Counted from the first letter of the whole stretch, positions 36,151 through 49,145 are shown. The stretch: DNA of 63,999 nucleotides, filler included, from Asterionella formosa (GCA_002256025.1; 10 parts of 10 records of this genome joined end to end with filler, not necessarily neighbours in it), one strand, 5' to 3'. Numbers and translations are program-made. Notes: generated by a model not told the origin, from the letters alone.

Positions 36151-36968
36151 GTGTGTATCAATGAACATTGTTGCTATATCTATTGGAAGTGAGGTGGCAT
36201 GTATCCAACTTGCTTTGTTGAAGAATATAGTTAACAAAATACTTATGACTTTGTAACTTACCTTTGTAGTAACAGTGGTGCCTACCACATTACCACGGCA
36301 AAGAAATGTGAGTCCTTCTTGGTGGAACAGGCCTTCTTAGGGTCGTTCTTATCATTTTCGATTTGGTATCATTTTTTTTGAAAAAGTATCATGTAACGGC
36401 TACTCGATTTAAACCGAAAAAATCCATTCTCCACAAATTAAACCGAAAAAATCCATTCTCCACAAAAATAAAAATGAAATTGTATCACCCAAAAAGTATC
36501 ACGAAAATTCAACGGTTACGGGCTGGCTACAATCATGTGCATATCCCTCCAGGCTTATTTCGATAATTTTCCATTACTAAAAACATGTAGGAAAACTACG
36601 CGTATTATGTAGCAGTATGGAATATATAGCTGACATACCTGCTTAATTCTTGATTTGCCATGAAATCACCCCAGTCTACAATTCTCCACTTGGTTGGGGA
36701 TATTTGCCAACGGTTGAGAAATTGGATGTAATGCCTGGTACTTCTGTCATTCGAGATGTTATTCTTGAAAGAATTGCTAACATGGGTTTGCAAAGACCTC
36801 CAGGTAATATTGAAAGAAAAAGGTTGAAATTACATGAATTAAATTTAATGTAGATTATAATTGATTTTNNNNNNNNNNNNNNNNNNNNNNNNNNNNNNNN
36901 NNNNNNNNNNNNTTAATTAATTAANNNNNNNNNNNNNNNNNNNNNNNNNNNNNNNNNNNNNNNNNNNN

Positions 36969-38111
36969 CTGCACCGCCATAACATCACACCGGGTTTGTT
37001 GCAACAGAAACCGAAGATCGGTTTTTTTCCGCTGCAGCCCGTTGATGTTAAGGGTGCCCACCACCAGTGGTGCCCCACAGCCATCTGGTGGTATCGTGGG
37101 CGTTGGGGGTCCGGGTGGGTTTATCTGAGCAACTGCGGCCGCAGGTGCCAAGCTTGGTCCCACCCTCTCCAAATACGGTATGTGGTGTCGGAAATACCAC
37201 CCATACCGCGCCTTTCCAGGTTCCATCTTCCCCAAGAATGTAGCAACATAGGCGCTTGTTACCCAAATGTCGAATCTGATGCGTGCCTTGCATTCCTGCC
37301 AGACCCGAACCACTTTCGTCACATGGTCAACAATCGTCGATGCACAACAGAGGTAAGAGAGGCGTTCCCAGAATATAGTGAGACTGCCCTCTTCCCCCCA
37401 AACACACAACTGGACTTGGTCATTTCGGACTGCATCCTGTCGTATGAGCCGCGCCGGGAGTCGTGTTGGGAACTCCCCATGTGGTCCCCTGTTCTCCCCT
37501 ACTCTCTGGTCACCACCCTGTGGTCTCCCCATGCTTCCTTCTCCTCCTGGTTCCTTTTCCTCCTCTCCTTGTGTCCCCCCTTGGAAAGGGCCCACAAACG
37601 CTGTTCTGGCAGAATCTCCAGTCTCCTGCACAAATTCAGCTGTCCCAATTTCTTGGTTCAGCCCCCGAGGAGCTGCGGGTGGAACGACACTCCGTCGATT
37701 CCTATAATTTGTCGAAGCACGTGTTTGTTTCGGCACTTTTTTGGTCTCCCCGTGCCCGGAACCGCATCTCGACCTGCCAGGCTTAGAGAGAGGTCCCGCG
37801 AGTAGTCATGATAGTGAATACTCAGGTGGGAGTGGGGTAGGAGACAGAACTCCAGTGCATGCCACCCATAGCATCAAGAATCCTATCCCACCCACCTAGT
37901 TTTGCCACATTTCGGTGAGATAGTTTAACCACGTTTCCGGTGGTTCCGGTTGGTTCTTCGACCCAAGCTAAGCTTCAACCTAGTTTAACCACATTTCGGT
38001 GAGTGGATGGACATTGGTCACCTTGTGTGGACGAAATACATAGATAGATTCCGCCAGCACATCAAGGGAGAGGGCCCCTCAACTACGGCCAAGTTTCCAT
38101 CCCGTGAGGGG
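36969..38111 (-). mobile_element. 5' part of a non-LTR retrotransposon; ORF from 37736 running into APE endonuclease
   Basis: Uninterrupted ORF ending VGTLNINGLQRKKTDLRFLLQQTRCDVMAVQ (APE N-terminus) at the contig end; GC-rich; 5' UTR with TAGTTTAACCACATTTCGGTGAG repeats. Confidence 0.85.
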
Positions 38112-38576
38112 NNNNNNNNNNNNNNNNNNNNNNNNNNNNNNNNNNNNNNNNNNNNTTAATTAATTAANNNNNNNNNNNNNNNNNNNNNNNNNNNNNNNNN
38201 NNNNNNNNNNNAATATAATCATGTATAAACATGAACCATGAGCATACATGTTGGCATACTCCTGATTAATTCATGTGTTTTGGCGTTGCGCAAAATCATG
38301 TTTACATTCAGCAATGAAGATATAGTATAAACGTTTAATTATCATTTTTTAATCGGGCACCGATTCCTATTTAATTCAAATACAGTATTCAAATGGACAC
38401 TTGAATCATGGGAATTCATAGTAGGAAACTCCCTGTTCCACGCCTTTTTACAACCCCAGCGATATCTTCTCCAAACTAGGGTTAAGCTGGGGCCGCTTGC
38501 GTATTTACAGGTTTTTTAGCTATCAGTGCCAACACACGTGTTGATACACAGCGATCAACAGCTGTATCACTGATAC

Positions 38577-38925
38577 AGCATTGGTTGGGGGTCCAAAAAC
38601 TGTATCAGTGATACACCCATGATACACCGGTGATCAGACCAAAAAAATCGTTGGTGATACACAAAAAAACCCAAACTGCCATCTTTGTATCATATATCAG
38701 CGATGATACACCAATGACGACAAATGACAGAATGATAATTTCGCCCTAAATATAATATAGCATTGGTCATCAGGGGTCGTCCAAAAACTGTATCAGTGAT
38801 ACACTCATGATACACTGGTGATCAGAGCAAAAGAACCATTGGTGATACAAAAACCCACCATTTTTGAATCATATTTCGGAGATGAAAGCTACACCAAGCA
38901 ATGACGACCAATGACAGAATGATAA
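38577..38925. repeat. Two-copy ~185-bp tandem repeat rich in GATACA/TGTATC
   Basis: GTCCAAAAACTGTATCAGTGATACAC...AATGACAGAATGATAA present twice; likely transposon subterminal region. Confidence 0.75.
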
Positions 38926-39720
38926 GAACGGCCCTTGCTTACTAAGTAAATTGTTCTATATAAATAACATACATATGAACAAATTTTATGTGCAAAGGCA
39001 TCCATGATCTTGTTGTTGACATTGTTGCATTCATTTATGATGAACATGAAATCGAAGTCCATTGTTCAGTGATGGGTGTGAAATTGTTGTTGTCTCTTCA
39101 TTGCAACTGCTATATGAAGATAGTTATTTGAGACATTCCTGTACAGTTTGCTTCAGCTCCAGCTTCTTGCCCACTATCAAGCTCAAGAATGTGAAACCAT
39201 TGGTCATGTAGCTAATCGTGGATCTGGATACCCAACACAAAATAGTTCATATAGCTTGTCTATAAACCAAATTGTGTCATCCCGTGCTGCTTCCTGTGTT
39301 TACTAGTAGCGATATTATGGTGGAACGAAGGCTATTTGAAGCGGCATGGGAGGANNNNNNNNNNNNNNNNNNNNNNNNNNNNNNNNNNNNNNNNNNNNTT
39401 AATTAATTAANNNNNNNNNNNNNNNNNNNNNNNNNNNNNNNNNNNNNNNNNNNNACCTGGTTCGTATGATGTGTTGATTGCTTCATTGAAATAGCTATTT
39501 TTTGCGCCTGTCTCTAGCGCACATTGGGGAGGCTTTTTTCCGCATTAGCAGTGATAAATGTTAAAAGTATAAAATAAATAAGCAATCACAACAAGCGTTC
39601 GATTTTGTACCACACCGCCACGAAACCAGGGACGACGTGATGATGGAGTGCTCGAAATATAACGGTAGTAATGTTTCATACATATTAAAAAAATATTATG
39701 CTTTCCATACCCGCCGGTAA

Positions 39721-40487
39721 GGTTCCTACATTTGAACCCTCAAAGGCAAAAATTAATATATTGCCTAGGGTTGCCGAAATTCCCTATAACTCGTTTCAAA
39801 TAATACTTAAGAAGTGAGGTGGCATGTATTTGAGTTGATTTACATGTAACAAATCGAGTTTTTTCCCAACTTTGAACCAAATTTGAACCCTAAAAGGCAA
39901 AAATTAATATATTGCCTAGGGTTGCCGAAATTCCCTATAACTCGTTTCAAATATACTTTAGAAGTGAGCTGGTATGTATTTGAGTTTATTTACATGTAAC
40001 AAATCGAATTTTCTTCTCAACTTTGAACCAAATTTTTACACACAAGCAAAAATTAAAATATTGCTTAGGGTTGCCGAAATTCCCTATAACTTGTTTCAAA
40101 TACTTCAGAAGTGAAGTGGCATGTATTTGAGTTGATTTAGATGTAACAAATAATTTTTTTTCTCAACTTTGAACCAAATTTTTACACACAAGCAAAAATT
40201 AATAAATTGCTTAGGGTTGCCGAAATTCCCTATAACTTGTTTCAAATACTTTAGAAGTGAGGTGGTATGCATTTGAGTTGATTTACATGTAACAAATCGA
40301 ATTTTTTTCTCAACTTTGAACCAAAATTTTACACACAAGCAAAAATTAATATATTGCTTAGGGTTGCCGAAATTCCCCACCAGAACTTGTTTCAAATACT
40401 TTAGAAGTGAGGTGGTATGTATTTGAGCTGATTTACATGTAACAAATCGATTTTTTTCTCAACTTTGAACCAAATTTTTACACACAA
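39721..40487 (+). repeat. Kolobok-like left terminus followed by five ~146-151-bp tandem repeats
   Basis: GGTTCCTACATTTGAACCCT matches the reverse complement of the ends at 19461 and 60898; GCAAAAATTAA recurs at 39746, 39897, 40046, 40192, 40339. Confidence 0.85.
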
Positions 40488-40697
40488 CAAGAACAGCAAC
40501 AGCAATATGCTGCATTCCAGTGGTGGTTGTCTTGTTTCTGAAATTGGAAGTGGTGTACATGAGGTCATCGAAAATAATTTGGCAATGAAAATCAGAANNN
40601 NNNNNNNNNNNNNNNNNNNNNNNNNNNNNNNNNNNNNNNNNTTAATTAATTAANNNNNNNNNNNNNNNNNNNNNNNNNNNNNNNNNNNNNNNNNNNN

Positions 40698-41013
40698 GCC
40701 TGGCAGTTGCCGTTCTTGCAACTGAACTAGTAGGAGCACGTGAAAAATCGTTGTTGTTCCTTGATGGGGACTGAGTAACCCCAGAAACACCAATCTGAGA
40801 AACACCTGGGACACCCATCCTACTTTCCTCATCGTTGCTGGCAAACTCTTCAGCACCAGTGTCATCTTCATTCTCGTCGTCGTCCTCCTCCTCCTCTTCT
40901 TCTGGTTGATTCTGTAGTTGTTCTTGTTGGTGACGGCGACGTTCAAGCAGCCTTGGAGAGGAAGGGAAGCCCTCCCTGGCTGCTCTCCTCTGACCAGAAG
41001 AAGATGAAGACAT
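40698..41013 (-). CDS. N-terminal fragment of an acidic low-complexity protein, truncated at contig end
   Basis: ATG-initiated open frame MSSSSSGQRR...EEEEEEDDDENEDD; no recognisable domain; may be transposon-encoded. Confidence 0.4.
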
Positions 41014-41215
41014 GGTCGAAATCTAAAAGCGATGACGATCGATGTATCGAGGAGATTGATTGATATGTACCGGTATGCAATATGCATACCTATTTTGGCA
41101 AGAGCAAGGCATTTTGAGTATGAGCAAGCAAGTCTTGAAATATTCCGGAAAATTCTATATAGTCATTCATGCCTAAACATCTTTTTATATAATGCACGGT
41201 TATTTATAACTGTAA

Positions 41216-41394
41216 AAAATTTGTGTTTGTGTTGACCAAATTAGGTGCTTACCAGGTTTGCCAAATTTGGTCAACACAAACACAAATTTTGGGGTTATGG
41301 GTACAACGATTTGTGTTATAATGCACATGATATAATAATGGGCGCGCTCTGATATTAAAAAATTATTATATCATGTGTATATTATAACACAAAT
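41216..41394. repeat. Two adjacent long hairpins
   Basis: Perfect 27-bp arms 41216-41242 / 41264-41290; near-perfect ~31-bp arms 41309-41339 / 41362-41394. Confidence 0.9.
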
Positions 41395-41940
41395 TATTTT
41401 TGCGGTTTGATACATAATAATGTCGTCGCGCTGCTCTGATAATCAAGATATTTTAGATTAGTCATCTGACATTTTATATATATTTAACTTTATTTTAAAA
41501 CAGATATAGTTTCATAGCGATGCATCCTCTTGCGTGTTATGTGGCATCTTGTTAATTGTCCACATGAGTTCCATAATTTCACCAAGCAATGTCAGTCACT
41601 GACCAGCATGTCGACTTACCTCTCATCTCCTGATGACAAGGATGATGCCATGAGTGAAGTTAAAACATGAGACATAGACATGGAAATTTCAGCTTTTCTC
41701 AAGAAACAAGCCTTTGATAGTCAAATCAGGCCAACAGAACTTTCACAATGAGGTATTGCTCTCCAAGAGCGACTTTTCACTCCAAAATGAAGACAGTCAG
41801 AGGTACTCCTTGCATCGTTTGTTTGCCCATGCTACTATGGNNNNNNNNNNNNNNNNNNNNNNNNNNNNNNNNNNNNNNNNNNNNTTAATTAATTAANNNN
41901 NNNNNNNNNNNNNNNNNNNNNNNNNNNNNNNNNNNNNNNN

Positions 41941-43083
41941 ATACGGAGATGCTCCAGCGACTTGAGAAAAGCGCCTGGGAGTATAATAGATTGTTTGACA
42001 TGGCTGCCCCATCTGATGAAAGCAGTGAAAGCGCTTCCAAACCAATCGTTGAGCTTCGCGAAAAGGTTAAACTGCGTGAAGCAATTGGAGAGCGACGATA
42101 TCGAGCATGGAAAGTTTCACAAGAACAAAAACTTGTTACAAACGACACGACTGGGCGAATGTTTACTGCAGATGCGGCATCAGCCGAAGGGAATAAATTG
42201 GACCTCACCACTCTTTTGTCGCAAGTCGGAGATGATGTTACAGCAACAACAGATGCATCTTCGATCAGCACTCAATCAATTACAAGTCGTTCACAGAAAG
42301 TGTCGACATTAAGTGCAGAGCAGCAACGAGTGGCGGATGCGAAAGACCGTGATGTGTTGCGACGATGCCTTGAACGCGCGTATGAAGGAGGGGCACAGCG
42401 ACGACCCACGAGATTCGGAAGGATGCCATCGATAACTTCTCAGCCCACGGGTCCTCCAGCCGATACATTCTTTCACCACGGTCGCGATCTCATCGCGGAT
42501 GCTGAGGCAGCACTTAGAAATCCATCAGCTCAAAAGTTCCTTGTCTCGGTTTTGAGCCAGCGTTCGCGTCTTGAAAACCAGAGAAAACGCCGGGGTGGAA
42601 ACGATGACAGCCAAGGCCGTAGGGCGCCAAATCAGCCAACGGTCTCCAGGCTTGAACCGCCTGCATTTGATTGTTTAGTACGCTTGTGCTGCGCAATGCT
42701 GGATGCGTGCATAGAGACTCAAAACTACGAGTCGGGTTACAATCTTTTGACTCACACGCAAGGTTTCTGTAGCGTTCAGACCAAAGATGGCAAGCCGCTC
42801 TCGAAGAAAGATAGCGAGTACGACCAAGGAACAAAGATTGTCTATATGACTGCCAAGATCAGTCTCCATCCCATTTTTGCAGAACTTGACCTTTGGGAGC
42901 ACGTTTTGCAGTTGCATCTGAAGGAACGCGAGAACGATAAAAGCACCAACCCAGAAGATAGGGACGTTGACAAGAGTGGGAAAGCAAACTCTGACATCGC
43001 AGCTTACGAAACGACTGTTTCAACACTATACGAAATGCTTGGTTATGGTATTCCTGCAGAAGAATTGTCTAGATTTGCAACTC
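41941..43083 (+). CDS. Internal fragment of a host gene, probably DENN/SBF2-domain protein
   Basis: Open frame across the whole contig; FDCLVRLCCAMLDAC, SLHPIFAELDLWE, TLYEMLGYGIP resemble the SBF2-type helical domain. Confidence 0.55.
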
Positions 43084-43183
43084 NNNNNNNNNNNNNNNNN
43101 NNNNNNNNNNNNNNNNNNNNNNNNNNNTTAATTAATTAANNNNNNNNNNNNNNNNNNNNNNNNNNNNNNNNNNNNNNNNNNNN

Positions 43184-44326
43184 AGTATCTTTCCAACGAG
43201 GGAGCGATATTCCTTATTCTTGATCGTCTCTCCTCGGTTCTTACTTAGGACCGTTCCCGGGAATCCCGGCGTTGAGGCTTTCTTTGGTTCCTTTCCAAAT
43301 ACAGTCGTGTAGTCATTAATCACATCTTTGACAAAGTCCTCCATTTCGGACTGTAGATAGCGTCCGTTCTCGTCTTCGCCCCATTCGTACCATACTCCTA
43401 GATGCTTGCGTAGCTGGCCAAGCTCTTTAACGTTGAAGTATTGTTTCAGTGCCAACTTGAACTTGTTGACGTCGGCTTGGGTGCCGGTTACTGCGAGGTC
43501 ATCGACGTAGGTGCATAGCAGTAGGGTAAGGATGCCTTCTCGTTTTTCGTAGAACACGCAGGGGTCGACACGGCTTTGCTTGAGTCCCATATCAAGTAGG
43601 CAGTCTCGGAGTTTCTTGAACCATTGCCGTGCAGCTTGTACCGTGCCGTACATTGCCTTGTCCAGTCGGATGCAGTTGTCAGTCATAGTCGTTTCATTTT
43701 CGTAGTGGAAGTCAGCGATTCCATCTGGCCATTCTATGTAGATTTCTTCGTCGAGGTCGGCTTCGAGGAATGCCGCTTCGATGTCCACAATTTCACAAAC
43801 AAAATCTTTTCTGTGTAGGGTGAGCGCAAACACAATACGTAGGCCTGTATCCGTAACAACAGGTGCGAATGAGTCTGTGAAGTCGACACCTGGTATCTGC
43901 ACGTAGCCTTTTACCACGATGCGGCCCTTGTAGCGCGTAGTGTTGTCGTGCTCATTCTTCTTTTTAAATACCCATTTTGCTCCAAGTGGCTTTCGTCCAT
44001 TTAGATTCTTACGAGGATGTAGCTTCCACACTTTGCGGGAGTAGAAGTTTTCAATTTCAGCTTTGATTGCCTTGGTCCATTCGTCTTTTTCGTTACTTAG
44101 TAGTGCCTGCTTGTAGCTCTTGGGTTCCAGTGGGTCGGAAGCTAGGCTCGTTGAATGTGCTTCCTCGTTAGGTTCGTGCTCTTGGAGGTTTTCATTCGTG
44201 TCGTCATCCAAATTAAGCGTGCGTGCTGCGGATGATTGCTGACGTGTACCTGCACGAGTAGGTGTAGGCGAGGTCACAAGGCCTGTTGATAGCCTATTCA
44301 TTTCTCGATCTAGCTTTGTAGATTTC
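43184..44326 (-). mobile_element. Ty1/copia reverse transcriptase, intact frame, same family as 1-818
   Basis: EPKSYKQAL, KWVFKKK, YKGRIVVKGYVQIPGVDF, DIEAAFL, LDKAMYGTVQAARQW, YVDDL; 43184-43316 is the reverse complement of 1-133 with one substitution. Confidence 0.96.
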
Positions 44327-44426
44327 NNNNNNNNNNNNNNNNNNNNNNNNNNNNNNNNNNNNNNNNNNNNTTAATTAATTAANNNNNNNNNNNNNNNNNN
44401 NNNNNNNNNNNNNNNNNNNNNNNNNN

Positions 44427-45448
44427 GCTTCATGAATCCTCGCCAGTACCCCTTTCCCAACTCCTTCATTAGCTGCTGCTCATCCCTGAATGAAATACAA
44501 TGCTTACAACGCCAGATTTGAATGTTTTCCATTATCGACTTTCCATTTACAAGTGAATTCGCAAGTTGCAGTCCCTCTCGGCATGTGATGGGCGAACGCA
44601 TTTTACCCAACTGATCAATGAGCTCAACAAGCAATGAAAGGTTCCACTTCAAGCATAGGTGAGATGTGAGCTCTGTTTGTTCCTTGATTGTTATTTCTTG
44701 TTGCATGTGTTCTAACTGTTTCGAAATAAATATTGACAGCAGGAGGAATACGAAGCGCCACCTTTTTTCTCAATATTATACAGGTACTAGCTAAGTGTAT
44801 TTCTCTTCACTCGTGATTCTCCTCCTCCTCCTTTTTCTTTTTCCTCTTCTCTCACCCTCATATATTCTGCTGCCAAATTGGAAATACATTCTTTCACTTT
44901 TTCTGCAATGATGGAGCTGGCTACTGCAGTTGTTCCATTTGGACGACCACCATAGGGCAGGGTTGTAGTGGCAGAAATGGTGCTGCTGCTTTCACTTGAT
45001 GCAGTAGTAGTGCTGGCAGGAGGCAAACTAGAAGAACAACTTGCAGACATAATCATAGTAGTAATGGAAGAATGATGATGATTTTTTCTGGTAGAGTTGT
45101 AATTTTCTACACCTTCCATTGTCAGCATAGATATTTCGCTTTCTTGTGATTCTTCATGCACATCCTCCTCAGGCTGTTTGTCCATGCTGGTACTGGTGCC
45201 ACCAGATGACCTCATTTTCCTTAGAAAGTATTTCACTTTCTGTGTAGTCACCCATGGGACAAGCTCTTGTACATCGTGCACAGCACGAGAAATTGCGCCA
45301 TATGGTAGTTTCCATTATTGTTCGCTTTCAACACTTCCATCTTTGTAGAAATTTTCAATAGGCAATATTCAATCATTCTGGCTTTGTTTGTGCTGCAAAT
45401 AGACTGAGCCGCCTTGCCCGAAGGCACAGTCGATTTATTTTTTGCCAT
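44427..45448 (-). pseudogene. Pogo/CENP-B-like transposase N-terminal relic
   Basis: LLVELIDQLGKMRSPITCREGLQLANSLVNG...LGKGYWRGFMK resembles a CENP-B-type HTH; frameshifted upstream. Confidence 0.6.
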
Positions 45449-46306
45449 AGTTTGGATGCATGTTCTTATGAGCTAAAAATTGTATACTGGGCGGCATGTA
45501 CACATTTCCTTTCCATTGTATGCATGGGTGATGATGGTATTTGGGTCTACTTGGCGTCAGGCCAGTTTATAGTGCTCAAGTTACTTAGGCACTATCAAGT
45601 GACAGGGATAAGGATATGGTAGGAATCAGACACCAAATAAATCGAAGGCGATATTTTTGTATACAGCTGCGAGTATCATATAACCATGAATTCTCAAAAC
45701 ATGGGGTAATCCGTGTTCTGGCAATATTTTCGTCGATTGCACTTTTCAACCAATATTTTAGGAGAAACCAATTGCTATAAACCTTATCTTCATCACTATC
45801 GCTTTCACCTTCGAAGTCACAGTCATCTTCATCAATGTCACATTTATCGATATCGATACCATCGAACTCGTAACTGTCCCTGTTGGTACGAGCTTTGTCA
45901 GCAGTCAATTTGTCATGACCAACATTTTCCTGAATGTTCTCACGTCCCTCATTTTTTCTCTTCAACCATACAATGGCTTCAACTTCTTAAAGTATAGTGA
46001 ATTTCGGGACTTAAGGATTGATCATATCCAGCGCCTTATTTTCAAGAGCCACCATTTCATTTGTTTCAGCATCATGGTCAACTTCTCCATTGTCAGAATC
46101 GCAGTCTAATTCTCCTCTGTTTTCTGAATCCCTACAGGTAGATCTGTCATAACCTTGTTGGTCATGAAATTTTTCGTAGACTTCTTTAAATATCTCCTCA
46201 ATTGCCTCTAATGACTGTGACAATTCGAAACTATCGTCATGATCAGGTCGATAATTGTCATCCTAATCTTCGCTGTTGCTTTCTGATTCATCTTCACTTG
46301 CATTCG

Positions 46307-46720
46307 CGTCTGCAAATAAAAAGTATCATGCATATATGATCAAGGGTACTGTATGCTAAGTGGCACAGGATATTCATATATATGATAATTTTTGGATCAA
46401 AACTATGATCAAGGTATCCTGTAACTATGATGATTCATTATTATCTTACGGAACTTGAAGTATAATGATAATAAGAACATTATCATCACACAATGTATAT
46501 CAAATGATCAACAACATTTCTCAACAATATCATAAACCTTCTCATATTATTTTCACTTCTTGTGATCGCCAAATGTAAATTATTACTACTATGCATCCTA
46601 AAATCAGCTAAATTCTATGCTATCATGTGAATTGTTTCATCATATATCTATCTTAAACATGATCATAATACTAATCACAAGGATTGTTCAAAATAGATTG
46701 AAATGAATCTTAATTTAATT
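46307..46720. mobile_element. Left terminus of the CGTCTGC-TIR transposon family
   Basis: CGTCTGCAAATAAAAAGTATCATGCATATATGATCAAGGGTA...GCTAAGTGGCACAGGAT; similar to 49146-49400 and 57440-57740. Confidence 0.75.
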
Positions 46721-47349
46721 CACAAATTTAGCAATGATATTTCTGTTTTGACAGCTACCCAAGGAATGTTTCTCTCCTCTTCTCTCGTCTCAATGTATAT
46801 TGTTCCTGTCTCGCCCTTTTCTTCCTCTGTTCTGAATCATGTGTCAGGCAGTGCCTACTAATGTTGCGTCTCTTTCCCTGCTGTTAGTGTCACTCTGAAC
46901 TCGCCGACTATTCCGTTGTTTGATTGGTTTTATTGTCCTATTCAGTTACAGTAACAATGAGAAGGAATGATTTGTTAGCTTGTCATGTTGAGAAAAGGTG
47001 AACGTATCCGTCAGTTATGTTCCATCAGAAGTGAATAGGTCCAACGACAAGAGCCCTTATCAAATTTTTTTTGTTTTACATTGGTGCTCCCCAACAAGCA
47101 AAACGAGCTGTTCAATCAACTGAAAAAAAGGAAATGTTTGTTTAGTTTACAATTTGTTGTTGTCCTGCCTCCCAACGATTGTCATCCAAGTATTATACGG
47201 TGGATAGGATCTAAGTATACGGATGCGTTGATATGTACATCACTATAATATGATTTGTGATATGGATTGATGCATATCACATACCGGTATCCTCAACAAC
47301 CAGCCATCACATTCAGTGTTGTGTAGTTTTTCCTTGTTATAGCTGTATT

Positions 47350-48900
47350 TATGCCGGCATGTGTATTGTGTAAACACTACACTGGTGGAACATGCATATT
47401 ACACTGTGCTCTGCTGTTCAACAATTACTACACTCGGTTACCATCACACCAGTTGCACCTCCACAAGCGCCGCAAAAAGCTCCATGTATCCCTTCCACTG
47501 TTTTACATCATAGTCTTCTGGCTCCAAATGTCATTTCATGGATTTCATGCAAAGGATCAGTCAAATTGAAAACAATCCAGAAGGCAGCTACTTTTGTGAA
47601 GAGTCGGCATGTGAAATGTGTGGAGTTATTATGCCAAAGCAAACGGCATTTTCCTTGAGTTTGCCGAAATCGCATGGACAACTAAAATTGTGGAAAGATT
47701 TGTACACTCATACCCCACAAGATATATGAAATTAAGCCTCTGTATTTTATGGAGTCAAAGGTATCAAAAAATCATCTTCAGATTTTAAAGATCTTGCATA
47801 TTGGGACCTTGGAACAATTACCTCTATGATCCATTATATAATTCATTAACTTCATCAAACTGATGTAAAGGTTGTATTTGATCTGGATGAGAACCCAGAA
47901 AAGGGTAATAACAAGCCATATATATACCAAGGTGATTGTAATCCACTTCATCATGACAGTAACTATGTGCTAATTGTTTATTGCAAAAGATCAGATGAGG
48001 AGGAAAACAATCATTTTGTGCATTATCTTTTTGCTATAATAGATGGATTATGTCAAGTCCGTGACCCAGGAAAAGATGCAAGTGTGGATGAACATTATAA
48101 TCAAGTATTTCACCTTGCCTGTAAGTACTGCATCATCCCTGGATGCACCAAACAATTGGAATTGTTATGCACCGATACAGGGTATATTCCACAAGAATCC
48201 CATATACCTGAAGAAAATGTTTTATCGGAATCTTTCTATACTGACACCAAAGCACCATTGCAGATCATTATTGCCACTGAACATGATTCCATGGTATTTC
48301 AACCAGAAGATGACAGTGGATGGTCATGTGGACCTTTTACAATTGTGAAAGTGTTGGAAAACTCTGTTGCAATTAGAAAGGAATGGCAAAACCAGATTTC
48401 TTGGCAACCGGGCACAATTCCGTTTGGAGACGGAGTCCTGAAAAGTTTAAAACGTCAGGTGGTAGCAACAGAGCGAACAGACGATTTTTTATTTGTTACA
48501 TCTGACACACCAACCAAGTCAACATACTTTCATCTTGGAACAGTTTGGCCTCAAGTGACAACGACAAAAATTCGTGAGGATATTGGAAATAACTGTTCTT
48601 CAATTTTGTATCGACAAAAGTTTGAGCTCCTATTTAGATTTAAAAATGTTGAACGAAGTATTTGGACGTCTTCCTTGCAATTCATCTTTCAAGAAGGATG
48701 ATGTTGTCAAGGTGAAATCCATGATCCAACAAATGAATGAAAAAGTTGCTCCCTTCAAATGGTATAATCATGCACCTCTTGGCCAAATTTTTGGATGCAT
48801 CAAAATTGACAAAAAGTTGAAAAATATTTTGTTAGTGATGATAGCCCTTCTGGAATCAAAATGAAAATGTTTTACATACTCATATCGAACTGCAGTTGAA
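47350..48900 (+). pseudogene. Degenerate ORF with Ulp1/C48-like protease motif, probably transposon cargo
   Basis: NHFVHYLFAII and FQPEDDSGWSCGPF (Q-x-D-x-x-S-C-G like); frameshifts and stops. Confidence 0.4.
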
Positions 48901-49145
48901 AAGTGGAGAAGAAAAATTCAAGGCTAAACGAGAAAGACCATCTTTGTTTCTTTGGGAGTGAAAAGGAACAAATAATGGACCATTGGGATCATCCATTGTC
49001 ATCATTTGTTAGGACAAAGTAGTTTGTGAAAACCTCCTAATAACTTAACTAGGATGTGAAACTATATTATCATTTTTATTTATTTTATTTTTGTTATTTT
49101 ATCAACGTTCGCTTGTTAGTTTTTGGTCCCATTTCCATAAATGAC

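Noticed and set aside
39731..40487. Regular repeats resembling a CRISPR array
   Set aside because: Whole ~147-bp units repeat with no unique spacers, no cas genes, eukaryotic context.
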